Shown: piece after piece, positions 17,318 through 25,484 of the stretch
How the letters are laid out: every line of letters begins with the position of its first letter
How positions within the stretch are numbered: the first letter of the stretch is position 1
From: Chloroflexota bacterium
GTDB lineage: Bacteria; Chloroflexota; Limnocylindria; Limnocylindrales; CSP1-4
DNA length: 31,435 bases
Assembly: GCA_031416295.1 (NCBI GenBank)
Contig: JANOTJ010000277.1
Location: 1-31,435, forward strand
Reading direction: 5' to 3'
The notes under the pieces: model-generated
Told to the model about the DNA's origin: nothing
What the model saw: only the letters and a program-made list of their open reading frames with translations
Databases searched by the model: none
Made by a program: the position numbers and the translations under genes

Positions 17318-18241
17318 ATGACGCAGCCCTCCAACCGAATCGACTGGCTGATCTTCCTGGCGCTCGGGTTCATGTGGGGATCGAGCTACCTGTTCATCAA
17401 GCTCGCGGTGGACGACTTCGGGACGTTCACGCTCGTCGCGCTGCGGCTCCTGGTCGGCGGCGTGTTCCTGTGGTCGGCCCTGCGTCTGAGCGGCACCGCG
17501 GTCCCACGAGATCGGCGGATCTACGGGCATCTCCTGGTGATGGCGATCATCAACGTGGTCATCCCGTTCGGGCTCATCACCTGGGCCGAGCAGTCGGTCG
17601 ATTCGTCGCTGGCGGCCATCCTGACCTCGCCCGTTCCGCTGTTCGCGATCGTCCTCTCAGCGCTCTTCCTGCGCGACGAACCGATGCGCGTGAACGGCGT
17701 GGCAGGGCTGTTGATCGGCTTCGTCGGTGTCGTGATCATCACCAGTCGAGGCCTTGACGGCACCGATGACTCGCCGCTTATCGGCAAGCTTGCCCTGCTT
17801 GGCGCGACGTTCAGCTACGCGGCAGGCGCCGTCTACTCGCGCCGCAACGTCCGGAAGCTGCCGACGATCATCCCGGCGGTGTTCCAGGTGACGTTCGCGG
17901 CGGCGATCACGTCGGTCCTGGCGCTCGTGCTGGAGCAGCCCTGGAACGCGCGGCCGGACCTCCAGGCCATCTTCGCCATCCTGTGGCTGGGCATCCTTGG
18001 CTCAGGACTCGCCTACCTGTTCGTCTTCCGTCTGTTCGCCCGATGGGGTGCGACGCGCACGACGCTCGTGGCCTACCTGTTGCCGATCGTGGGCATCACC
18101 CTCGGCTTCATCTTCCTGCAGGAGCCGGTGGACGCGCGACTCATCCTTGGCACCGCGCTGGTCATCGCGGGTGTCGCCCTCGTCAACGGCCGCTGGGGCC
18201 GCCGGCGGGTGTTCGGCGTCACGCCCGCGGAGCCCGCGTAG
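17318..18241 (+). CDS. EamA/DMT family transporter
   Basis: MWGSSYLFIK, LVALRL, WAEQSVDSSLAAILTS, second repeat GSGLAYL...GATRTTLVAYLLP; about 10 TM segments. Confidence 0.93.
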   Translation: MTQPSNRIDWLIFLALGFMWGSSYLFIKLAVDDFGTFTLVALRLLVGGVFLWSALRLSGTAVPRDRRIYGHLLVMAIINVVIPFGLITWAEQSVDSSLAAILTSPVPLFAIVLSALFLRDEPMRVNGVAGLLIGFVGVVIITSRGLDGTDDSPLIGKLALLGATFSYAAGAVYSRRNVRKLPTIIPAVFQVTFAAAITSVLALVLEQPWNARPDLQAIFAILWLGILGSGLAYLFVFRLFARWGATRTTLVAYLLPIVGITLGFIFLQEPVDARLILGTALVIAGVALVNGRWGRRRVFGVTPAEPA

Positions 18242-18244
18242 CCC

Positions 18245-18277
18245 GCGCCGCGGCCGCCCCCAGCACGGCCGCGGCGC
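18245..18277 (+). terminator. Perfect 12-bp-stem hairpin after the EamA stop
   Basis: GCGCCGCGGCCG-N9-CGGCCGCGGCGC starting 3 nt after the TAG; no U-tract. Confidence 0.55.
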
Positions 18278-18284
18278 AAGCCTC

Positions 18285-18385
18285 AGATGCACTTTCGCCA
18301 CAGCCGTGCACGATCGCTCGCCCAGATCGACACGGATGTCAGTGTGGGGATCGATCCACGAGGCGTTCATCGGGAATGTGCATCT
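18285..18385. repeat. 101-bp lower-GC element bounded by 12-bp imperfect inverted repeats (REP/MITE-like)
   Basis: AGATGCACTTTC ... GAATGTGCATCT match at 11/12 positions; about 58% GC by hand count; no target-site duplication seen. Confidence 0.4.
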
Positions 18386-18413
18386 ACGGCTTGCGCTCAT
18401 GTCCAGGAGCGAC

Positions 18414-18490
18414 CGCCAGCGGGGAGCGTCGCCAGCGGGGAGCGTCGCCAGCGGGGAGCGGGAGGTGGCGCGGGGAGCGTCGCCAGCGGG
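18414..18490. repeat. 16-bp tandem repeat CGCCAGCGGGGAGCGT (about 3 copies plus degenerate copies)
   Basis: Copies at 18414-29, 18430-45 and 18446-60, with partial copies at 18471-90. CGCCA/TGGCG arms allow small hairpins. Confidence 0.8.
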
Positions 18491-18576
18491 AAGTGGCGCG
18501 GGACGTGGGGGGCCGCCGAAAGCGGGACGACGGGAGCCCGCCGCGGCGGTCGTCCATGGGGCCCTGCATCCCCGAG

Positions 18577-19461
18577 TCAGCCGCCAATCGCGAGTAACAG
18601 GGCGCCCGCCACGATCAGCACCGACGCCCCGATCCGACGTGCCGTCTCGCGACCGGTGACCGCTTCCCGCAACCGGACCGAGCCCCAGGCCGCCGCGAAG
18701 ACCGTGGCGCTCTCGCGCAGGGGCGCGACCCCGGACAGTGGCGCGACGCTCAGGGCCACCAGGATCAGCACGTACGCGCCGAGCGTGAGGTAGCCACCGA
18801 TCGCGGCCCGCCGCGCCTCGTCGGCGCCGCCGCTGAACACGCGGCCGCCATCCCGAGCCACGAACCGGACCCACAGCACGAGGACGACGGACGTCGTCAC
18901 CCACAGGATGGCCGCGTAGGGCAGCGGATCGATGAGGCGCGCACCCACCCGATCGAGCGCGGTGTAGGTCGCGATCGTCACGCCAGTCGCGAGCGCGAAC
19001 GCTACCGCCGGATCGAGTCCGCGACGCCCCTGAAGTGCGCGCCACGGCCGCTGGAGCACGAGGAATCCGGCCAGCAGCGCGACCACGCCCAGCGACCCGG
19101 CCACCCCCAGGCGCTCGCCAAGCACGCCGACCCCCAGCGCGACCGCGATCAGCGGCGCCGTCCCCCGCGCGATCGGATAGACGACCGACAGGTCGCCGCG
19201 CCGGTAGGCCGCCGACAGCAGGACGAAGTACGCGCCCTCGACCACGCCCGAGACGATCCCGAGGGCGATGCCCAGGGGTGGCAGCGTCGGTGATCCCGCG
19301 ACGACCCACGCCGCGGCGCCGATCGGGACGATCCCGACCGTTGCCGCGAGCATGCCCACCGTGGCGGCCCGGAGCGGGTCGCCGGCGGTCTTGAGCCGAA
19401 CGTTCCACGCGACGTGGAGGACGGCGCTGACAGCCACCAGGCCGATGATCAGGGGGTCCAC
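18577..19461 (-). CDS. EamA/DMT family transporter
   Basis: SAVLHVAWN, AYRRGDLSVVYPIARG, ATYTALDR, VAPLRES. GTG start. Confidence 0.9.
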   Translation of the reverse strand: MDPLIIGLVAVSAVLHVAWNVRLKTAGDPLRAATVGMLAATVGIVPIGAAAWVVAGSPTLPPLGIALGIVSGVVEGAYFVLLSAAYRRGDLSVVYPIARGTAPLIAVALGVGVLGERLGVAGSLGVVALLAGFLVLQRPWRALQGRRGLDPAVAFALATGVTIATYTALDRVGARLIDPLPYAAILWVTTSVVLVLWVRFVARDGGRVFSGGADEARRAAIGGYLTLGAYVLILVALSVAPLSGVAPLRESATVFAAAWGSVRLREAVTGRETARRIGASVLIVAGALLLAIGG

Positions 19462-19467
19462 CCCCGC

Positions 19468-19473
19468 ACGGTA
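19468..19473 (-). promoter_or_regulatory. Candidate -10 hexamer (TACCGT), leaderless
   Basis: 6 nt before GTG 19461, no Shine-Dalgarno. Confidence 0.5.
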
Positions 19474-19483
19474 GCGGAGGTCA

Positions 19484-19565
19484 GCGGCCCACGTCCCGCC
19501 CGTCAGGCGGCGAGGTCACGCCCATCGGGCGGCCACGTCCCGCCCGTCAGGCTGCGAGGTCACGC
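19484..19565. repeat. Direct repeat, two 33-bp copies with period 44
   Basis: CCACGTCCCGCCCGTCAGGC(G/T)GCGAGGTCACGC at 19489-19521 and 19533-19565, one mismatch. The second copy contains the SRPBCC stop codon. Confidence 0.85.
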
Positions 19566-20072
19566 GACGGGCGACCGCTCAGCCGCCTCGGAGCGCTCCT
19601 TGAGCAGGCGCAGGTGCGCCTCCACGCGCGATGCCAGCGTTGCCCGGCCGAGTCGCACAAGGATGGTCGCCCAGCGGTCCGCGGGTTCAAGCATGCCGCT
19701 GTGACTGACCCTGGTGCCGCCCGCGACCGGCTCGAGACGCCACGCCCACTCACTCTCGAAGCCCGAGCCCGTGACGCGCATCCGGAACATCGATTCGGGC
19801 CGAGCTTCCAGGCTCTCGGCGCGAGCTCGTTCGCGAAGCAGGCCCAGCCGAGCGCGTCCGGTCCGGCTGGTCGCGGCGGCGGGCCACGACGGTCCGGCTG
19901 GTCCGAACTCGACCTCGGGAAAGATGGCGCCCAGCGCCGCCGGGTCGTGGAGGGTCGCCCAGACCACGCGGGGAGACGCCTGCATGAAGACGCGGCGCTC
20001 GATGACGCCGTCGGCGCGGCGGTGGTCACCGGGTCGCCGGTACCCGACCTCGGGATCCGGACGCAGGGCCAC
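19560..20072 (-). CDS. SRPBCC/START-fold protein (polyketide cyclase/dehydrase family)
   Basis: IERRVFMQASPRVVWATLHDP start, SEWAWRLEPVAGGTRVS, C-terminal helix LRLLKERSE. Confidence 0.75.
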   Translation of the reverse strand: MALRPDPEVGYRRPGDHRRADGVIERRVFMQASPRVVWATLHDPAALGAIFPEVEFGPAGPSWPAAATSRTGRARLGLLRERARAESLEARPESMFRMRVTGSGFESEWAWRLEPVAGGTRVSHSGMLEPADRWATILVRLGRATLASRVEAHLRLLKERSEAAERSPVA

Positions 20073-20075
20073 GGC

Positions 20076-20975
20076 TCAGACGCCGATGGGGTGCCAGACC
20101 GTCTTCATCTCCAGGAACGCGGCGATCCATTCCGGGCGTTCGCTCGCGCGATCGTCCAGCCAATCGAAGCGAGCCTCGGACACGGTCGTCGGGCGGCGCA
20201 GCACGCGCTTGATGTCGTCGGCGGCGAGCTGTTCGGTCTCGAGCCGCATCGTGTCCGGAACGCCCCAGGTGTCCAGAGCATCCACGTCCACGTGGCCCGC
20301 AAGCACGGGCACCAGCTCACGCTTGTGGCCGGTCAGGATGTTGACGACGCCGCCCGGCACGTCGGATGTGGCGAGGACCTCGCCGAGGGTCACCGCCGGC
20401 AGTGGCCGCGTCTCCGAGGTGACCAGCACGACCGTGTTGCCGCTGACCAGCGGCGGGGCCAGCCGGCTCACGAGTCCGAGCAGTGAGGACGTCTCGGGCG
20501 CCACGATGCCCACGACTCCCGTGGGCTCGGGAATGGTGAAGTTGAAGTACGGCGCCGCGACCGGATTGCTGGAGCCCAGGACCTGGGCGATCTTGTCCGC
20601 CCAGCCGGCGTACCAGACCCAGCGATCGATGGCCCGGTCGACAGCGCTTCGTGCACGCGCGTCGCTGATGCCCTCGGCGGTCGCGACCTCGGCCGTGAAC
20701 TGGTCGCGTCGGCCCTCCATGAGCTCCGCGACCCGATACAGGATCTGGCCACGGTTCATGGCGGTCTTGCGGGCCCACCCAGTCTGTGCAGCACGGGCGG
20801 CCCGGACGGCATCGCGGAGGTCCTTGCGCGAGGCCCGGCAGGCGTTGGCCAGCGGGGTCCCATCGGCACCGTGCACGAGGTACGAGCGCCCGCTCTCCGT
20901 GCGCGGGAAGGCGCCGCCGATGTACAGCTTGTAGGTCTTGCGGACCTCGATACGCGGCGCGCGGTCGGCCGGCAT
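20076..20975 (-). CDS. Short aldehyde dehydrogenase-family protein lacking the catalytic domain
   Basis: KTYKLYIGGAFPRTESGR, WVWYAGWADK, EPTGVVGIVAP, GNTVV, GVVNILTG; no catalytic Cys segment. GGAGG RBS and TGATG overlap with the upstream ALDH. Confidence 0.88.
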   Translation of the reverse strand: MPADRAPRIEVRKTYKLYIGGAFPRTESGRSYLVHGADGTPLANACRASRKDLRDAVRAARAAQTGWARKTAMNRGQILYRVAELMEGRRDQFTAEVATAEGISDARARSAVDRAIDRWVWYAGWADKIAQVLGSSNPVAAPYFNFTIPEPTGVVGIVAPETSSLLGLVSRLAPPLVSGNTVVLVTSETRPLPAVTLGEVLATSDVPGGVVNILTGHKRELVPVLAGHVDVDALDTWGVPDTMRLETEQLAADDIKRVLRRPTTVSEARFDWLDDRASERPEWIAAFLEMKTVWHPIGV

Positions 20976-22498
20976 CAGCGATCCTCCAGGCGCACGTACG
21001 CGTGCAGCCCATGCATGCCGCCCTCGCGCCCGAAGCCGGATTCCTTGAAGCCGCCGAACGGCGAGGTCGGATCGAATCGATTGAAGGTGTTGGCCCAGAC
21101 CACGCCCGCCTTCATCTTGCTGACCATGTCCAGGATGCGCGAGCCCTTGTCGGTCCAGATGCCGGCGGACAGGCCGTAGGGCGTGTTGTTGGCCTTTTCG
21201 ACGGCCTCATCCGGGGTCCGGAACGTGAGCACGGAGAGCACCGGCCCGAAGATCTCCTCGGATGCGATGCGATGGCTCATGGCCACGTTGGTGAACAGCG
21301 TCGGGCGAAAGTAGTAGCCGCGCTCGGGCAGGTCGCAGGCGGGCTGGTACAGCTCCGCGCCCTCGGCGACGCCCGACGCCACGAGCTCCGTGATGCGCTC
21401 GAGCTGGGCGCGCGAGTTGATCGCCCCGACGTCGGTGTTCTTGTCCAGGGGGTCGCCCACGCGCAGGGTGGCCAGTCGATCCTTGAGCTTCTCGATCAAC
21501 GTGTCCTGGATCGATTCCTGGACGAGCAGCCGTGAACCCGCGCAGCACACCTCGCCCTGGTTGAAGTAGATGCCATTGACGATACCCTCGATCGCCTGGT
21601 CCAGTGGTGCGTCGTCGAAGACGATGTTGGCGGCCTTGCCGCCGAGCTCCAGGGTGAGCGCCTTGTCCGTGCCGGCCACCCCCCGAAAGATCTTGCGACC
21701 GATCTCCGTCGAGCCAGTGAACGCGACCTTGTCCACGCCCGGGTGGGTGACCAGGGCCATCCCGACCTCGCCAGGGCCAGGCACGATGTTGACCGTGCCC
21801 GGGGGCAGGTCCGCCTGCACGCAGACGTCCGCGAACAGGAGCGCCGACAGGGGCGTGGTGGACGCGGGCTTGAGCACGACCGTGTTGCCGGCGGCGAGGG
21901 CCGGGGCGATCTTCCAGGCGAGCATCAGCAACGGGAAGTTCCACGGGATGATCTGCGCAGCGACCCCGAGCGGTCGGGCCACGCGCCCCGGGAACAGATA
22001 CTCGAGCTTGTCCGCCCAGCCGGCGTAGTACCAGAAGTGGCTGGCGGCGAGGGGCACGTCCACGTCGCGTGATTCCTTGATGGGCTTGCCCGAGTCCATC
22101 GATTCGAGGACGGCGAACTCGCGCGAGCGCTCCTGGAGGATTCGGCTGATCCGGAACAGGTACTTGGCCCGCTCCTTGCCGCTGAGCTGACCCCACGATC
22201 GGCGATAGGCTCGGCGCGCGGCCCGGACTGCCTTGTCCATGTCGGCCGGCGTCGCGCGGGCGACCTGCGCGAGCGGCAACTCCGTGGACGGGTCGATGGT
22301 CGTGAACGTGGCGCCGTCCGACGAACGTACCTCGCGGCCGTTGATGAACAGCCCGTAGTGCTCCTTGAGCGTGACGATGTCGCGGGCCTCGGGCGCCGGG
22401 GCGTAATCCCAGGGGATCGCCTGGCCGTCGCCGAAGCCCCAGGAGTTGGGCGCCGACGATGGCGCGGGTACGACGGTGGAGTCGGATCGGGTGACCAT
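20975..22498 (-). CDS. Aldehyde dehydrogenase (full length)
   Basis: IIPWNFPLLM, KPASTTP, FTGSTEIG, LELGGKAANIV (Glu), FNQGEVCCAGSR (Cys), EEIFGPV, PFGGFKESGFGRE. Start ATG 22498 (7 nt after CATAAT) or ATG 22507 overlapping the DGC stop. Confidence 0.95.
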   Translation of the reverse strand: MVTRSDSTVVPAPSSAPNSWGFGDGQAIPWDYAPAPEARDIVTLKEHYGLFINGREVRSSDGATFTTIDPSTELPLAQVARATPADMDKAVRAARRAYRRSWGQLSGKERAKYLFRISRILQERSREFAVLESMDSGKPIKESRDVDVPLAASHFWYYAGWADKLEYLFPGRVARPLGVAAQIIPWNFPLLMLAWKIAPALAAGNTVVLKPASTTPLSALLFADVCVQADLPPGTVNIVPGPGEVGMALVTHPGVDKVAFTGSTEIGRKIFRGVAGTDKALTLELGGKAANIVFDDAPLDQAIEGIVNGIYFNQGEVCCAGSRLLVQESIQDTLIEKLKDRLATLRVGDPLDKNTDVGAINSRAQLERITELVASGVAEGAELYQPACDLPERGYYFRPTLFTNVAMSHRIASEEIFGPVLSVLTFRTPDEAVEKANNTPYGLSAGIWTDKGSRILDMVSKMKAGVVWANTFNRFDPTSPFGGFKESGFGREGGMHGLHAYVRLEDR

Positions 22499-22505
22499 CG
22501 CGGCC

Positions 22506-22511
22506 ATTATG
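22506..22511 (-). promoter_or_regulatory. Candidate -10 hexamer (CATAAT) overlapping the DGC stop codon
   Basis: One mismatch from TATAAT, 7 nt before ATG 22498. Confidence 0.5.
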
Positions 22512-24498
22512 GCACCGGGTCCGGATGGTCCTCCGCCTGCACCGGGTCCGGATGGTCCTCCGCCTGCGCCGTGTCCGGTGGCAGCGGGCTCGGAACGGTC
22601 CGGTCCCGGCCGCCGTCCTTGGCCGCGTAGAGCGCCCTATCAGCGCGGGCGATGAGCGCCGGGATCGATTCATGGCCATCCCAGGTGGCGGTGCCGGCCG
22701 AGGCGGTCGCGTTGCCCGGCACGCCCGCGCGCAGCCGGTCCGCGACGAGGATGGCCGCGGCCGCATCGCACGCGACAAGCACGGCCAGGAATTCCTCTCC
22801 TCCATAGCGTGCAAGCGTGTCGCCGGGACGCAGCTCGCCCATCCAGGCGGCCGCGACGCCGCGCAACAGGTCGTCGCCGGCCTGGTGTCCGCGCTCATCG
22901 TTGAAACGCTTGAAGTGGTCGAGATCGAGCATCGCCACCGACACCGGCCGCCCGGACCGTCGTCCGTTCGCGATGGCCAGATCCAGGGCCTCATCGAGGG
23001 CGCGCCGGTTCGCCGCACCGGTCAGCGCATCCGTGCGGACCAGGTGCTCGAGCCTGGTCAGCAGATCGGAGCGCTCGATGACGGCCGCCACCTGGGTCGC
23101 AAACAGTCCGATGAGCGCGCTGGTGCGCTCCGGAAGCGAACGCATGGTGGTGCGCCAGTAGATGACGACGACCCCGACCGCGCGGTCGTCGCTCTCGATA
23201 GGCTGCCAGTACGCGGCGCCCGCATCCACGCGCTTCGCAACGGCCGGATCCACCCGCGGGTCCGCGGCAAGATCCCCCGAGAACACGGGCACGCCGCTCC
23301 GGAGCACCTGGCCCGCGATCGAGCGGTCGGGGTCCAGGACGATGTCCGCCCGGATGCCCGCGCCGCTCGAGGCACCGGACACGACCAGCCGGCCATCGGG
23401 ACCGTCAGCGGTGTAGAAGAGGACGAAGTCGGCATCGGCGAGTCCCCGTGCCGCATCGCAGATGACCGCCCGACCCTCACTGGAGGACTGCCCCAGCTCG
23501 CGGGCGACGGCCAGCAGCCGGGCCAGATCAGCGAGGTGGTCACGTGCCCCGCGCTCGGCATCGCGGCGAACGGTCGTGTCTCGGACGAACGCGTGGATGC
23601 GGATCCCGGTCGGCCCGTCGGTCCGAGCCACGGAGATCTCCACGGGTACCCGTGAGCCGTCGGCGCGGCGGAGGTCCGCCTCGAAGCGCACCTCGCGGTC
23701 CGTGGGACCTTGCTGGACGATGACCCGCCCGAATCCGGCGCGCAGCCGCTCGATGTGCTCGTCGGGGACCAGCGTGTCGAACACGTCCGACCCGACGAGG
23801 TCGTCGCGTCCGAACATCAAGGCAGCCGCGTCGTTGGCGGTCATGATCGTTCCCGACGCGTCGAAGGACAGGACTGCGTCCGACGCGGCCTGCACGATGG
23901 CCTGGATGACATCGCGTTGCTCGGCGAGCTCGCGACCGCGGGCCACGGCGCGTTCCGTGCTCGCCTGCGACGCGTGGACCAGGGACTGGACGATCAAGCC
24001 CATGGTCGCCCCGACCAGAGTCAGGATGATCAGCCGTCGCCACTCACCGAACGGGTATGCCGGGTCACCGACCACGATGATCGGCACGGCCAGGACGACC
24101 ATCGTCCCGATCACGCAGGCGATGAGCTGCGAGCGCTGTCCATAGAGCGCGACCCACATGACCGGGAGGAGAACGAGCGGCGCATAGCCCGAGGGGCCAC
24201 CCCCGGCTGCCTCGCGGATTGCGCCAACGGCTGCGAGGTAGACAAGAGGCGGCAGGACGTCCGCCCACATCGGCAGCCGACGCCAGGGCACGACCAGCGC
24301 CAGCCCGATGGTCAGGGCGGTCAGGATCGTGCCGATGGCAAGCCAGGTGACGTGGAGGTCGCGAGCCTCAGCGGCGCCGAGGACCACCGCGGCGACCGCG
24401 GCAGTTGCGAAAGGCGCCACCCGGCCGACCAGACCTTCCCGGTCGAAGGGACGCCGTCGGGCCTCGTCGTGCGCTCCGGTCAGTATGCCGTCGTGCAT
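22507..24498 (-). CDS. Membrane-anchored diguanylate cyclase (about 6 TM + PAS + GAF + GGDEF)
   Basis: TDALTGAANRR, DLDHFKRFNDERGHQAGDDLL, I-site RPGD, active-site ARYGGEEF, ADRALYAAKDGGRD; PAS segment AASDAVLSFDASG...RRADGSRVPVEIS. Confidence 0.92.
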   Translation of the reverse strand: MHDGILTGAHDEARRRPFDREGLVGRVAPFATAAVAAVVLGAAEARDLHVTWLAIGTILTALTIGLALVVPWRRLPMWADVLPPLVYLAAVGAIREAAGGGPSGYAPLVLLPVMWVALYGQRSQLIACVIGTMVVLAVPIIVVGDPAYPFGEWRRLIILTLVGATMGLIVQSLVHASQASTERAVARGRELAEQRDVIQAIVQAASDAVLSFDASGTIMTANDAAALMFGRDDLVGSDVFDTLVPDEHIERLRAGFGRVIVQQGPTDREVRFEADLRRADGSRVPVEISVARTDGPTGIRIHAFVRDTTVRRDAERGARDHLADLARLLAVARELGQSSSEGRAVICDAARGLADADFVLFYTADGPDGRLVVSGASSGAGIRADIVLDPDRSIAGQVLRSGVPVFSGDLAADPRVDPAVAKRVDAGAAYWQPIESDDRAVGVVVIYWRTTMRSLPERTSALIGLFATQVAAVIERSDLLTRLEHLVRTDALTGAANRRALDEALDLAIANGRRSGRPVSVAMLDLDHFKRFNDERGHQAGDDLLRGVAAAWMGELRPGDTLARYGGEEFLAVLVACDAAAAILVADRLRAGVPGNATASAGTATWDGHESIPALIARADRALYAAKDGGRDRTVPSPLPPDTAQAEDHPDPVQAEDHPDPVP
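22512..22567. repeat. Perfect 27-bp tandem duplication in the DGC C-terminal tail
   Basis: GCACCGGGTCCGGATGGTCCTCCGCCT at 22512-38 and 22539-65; encodes QAEDHPDPV twice. Confidence 0.9.
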
Positions 24499-24506
24499 GT
24501 CTCGTC

Positions 24507-25484
24507 TCAGCAGTCGTACGCCGCGACCGGGTGCACCCGTTCGCAGTAACGGACATGGACATGGTTGTCGTGGCCCGTGGACCAGGACGTGAGACCCTCG
24601 CGGACGAGCACCGGATCGTTGAAGTAGATGAGCTTGATGTGTCCCGGCGCCGTGGCCCGGATGGCCTTGATGAGATCGCGCGTGGCGGCTCGGTCATAGG
24701 TGGACCAGCGGTAGTTCACGCCCCACCTGCACTGTGCGCGGTCGGTGCGCATCGGGCGCACGTCCACGTCCAGCCCGCGCTCATGGCTGTCGTGTCCGGG
24801 GATGTCCCCACCGTGCTCGAACCCGACATCGCCAACGGCCACGCGCCCGTGGCCGAGGTTCTCCACGACGGACGCTGCGGCCTCCATCTGGCCGATGGCT
24901 GCGGCCGTGCCCCAGTCGGCGAGGCCGTTGCCGACCTGGTAGTCGCAGACCTTGCTGCCGAACGCCGGTCGCTCGAAGTGGGCGATGAGCGCCTGCCACG
25001 TGACGGCGCCGACGATGCCCGTCTCGCCGATCCGCGCGTGGCGCTGGAAGGAGCGCAACGCACCCTGCGTGAGCGCACCGTACACGCCGTCGACGGGCAC
25101 GCCGGCGGCACGCTTCTCGTTGAGTTGGCGCTGGAGGGCCCTGACCGCCTCTCCGGTGCTCCCGGGAGCCACCCGGACGAGCAGGGCCGCCCACGTGTGC
25201 TGGCCGACCTTGCCGTCCACGGTGAGGCCGCGGCTGGCCTGGAAGGTCCGGACCGCGGCCACGGTGGTCGTGCCGTACACGCCGTCCACCCGGTCCGCCA
25301 TCGAGCCATGGTGGCGGAGGAAGCCCTGGATGGCCTTCACGTCGACGCCGCGGTTGCCCAGGCTCTGGTGCGGGAACGCCAGTGCAGCCGTCGCGGTCGC
25401 GGCACCCGCCGGGCCGATCGTCGTCAGTACGGCCGCCAGGGTAAGGGCCAGGGTCGCGAGCCCCCGTCGCGTCGGCCCGCTCAT
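24507..25484 (-). CDS. Secreted peptidoglycan-binding protein with a penicillin-insensitive murein endopeptidase (MepA-like, LAS-type Zn) domain
   Basis: Signal peptide (TRRGL...AGA); two PG_binding_1-like repeats (DGVYGTTTVAAVRTFQASRGLTVDGKVG and DGVYGALTQGALRSFQ); HDSHERGLDVD and HDNHVHVR. GGAGGT RBS and ATGA overlap with the PfkB gene. Confidence 0.82.
   Translation of the reverse strand: MSGPTRRGLATLALTLAAVLTTIGPAGAATATAALAFPHQSLGNRGVDVKAIQGFLRHHGSMADRVDGVYGTTTVAAVRTFQASRGLTVDGKVGQHTWAALLVRVAPGSTGEAVRALQRQLNEKRAAGVPVDGVYGALTQGALRSFQRHARIGETGIVGAVTWQALIAHFERPAFGSKVCDYQVGNGLADWGTAAAIGQMEAAASVVENLGHGRVAVGDVGFEHGGDIPGHDSHERGLDVDVRPMRTDRAQCRWGVNYRWSTYDRAATRDLIKAIRATAPGHIKLIYFNDPVLVREGLTSWSTGHDNHVHVRYCERVHPVAAYDC

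Noticed and set aside
18414-18490. Possible CRISPR array
   Set aside because: Units are 16 bp and directly abutting with no unique spacers, and there are no cas genes in the window.
20076-20975. Short ALDH as a pseudogene or frameshift fragment
   Set aside because: The ORF is intact with its own RBS and coupled start, and ends in the conserved-looking EMKTVWHPIG terminus. No missing catalytic segment is evident in adjacent frames.
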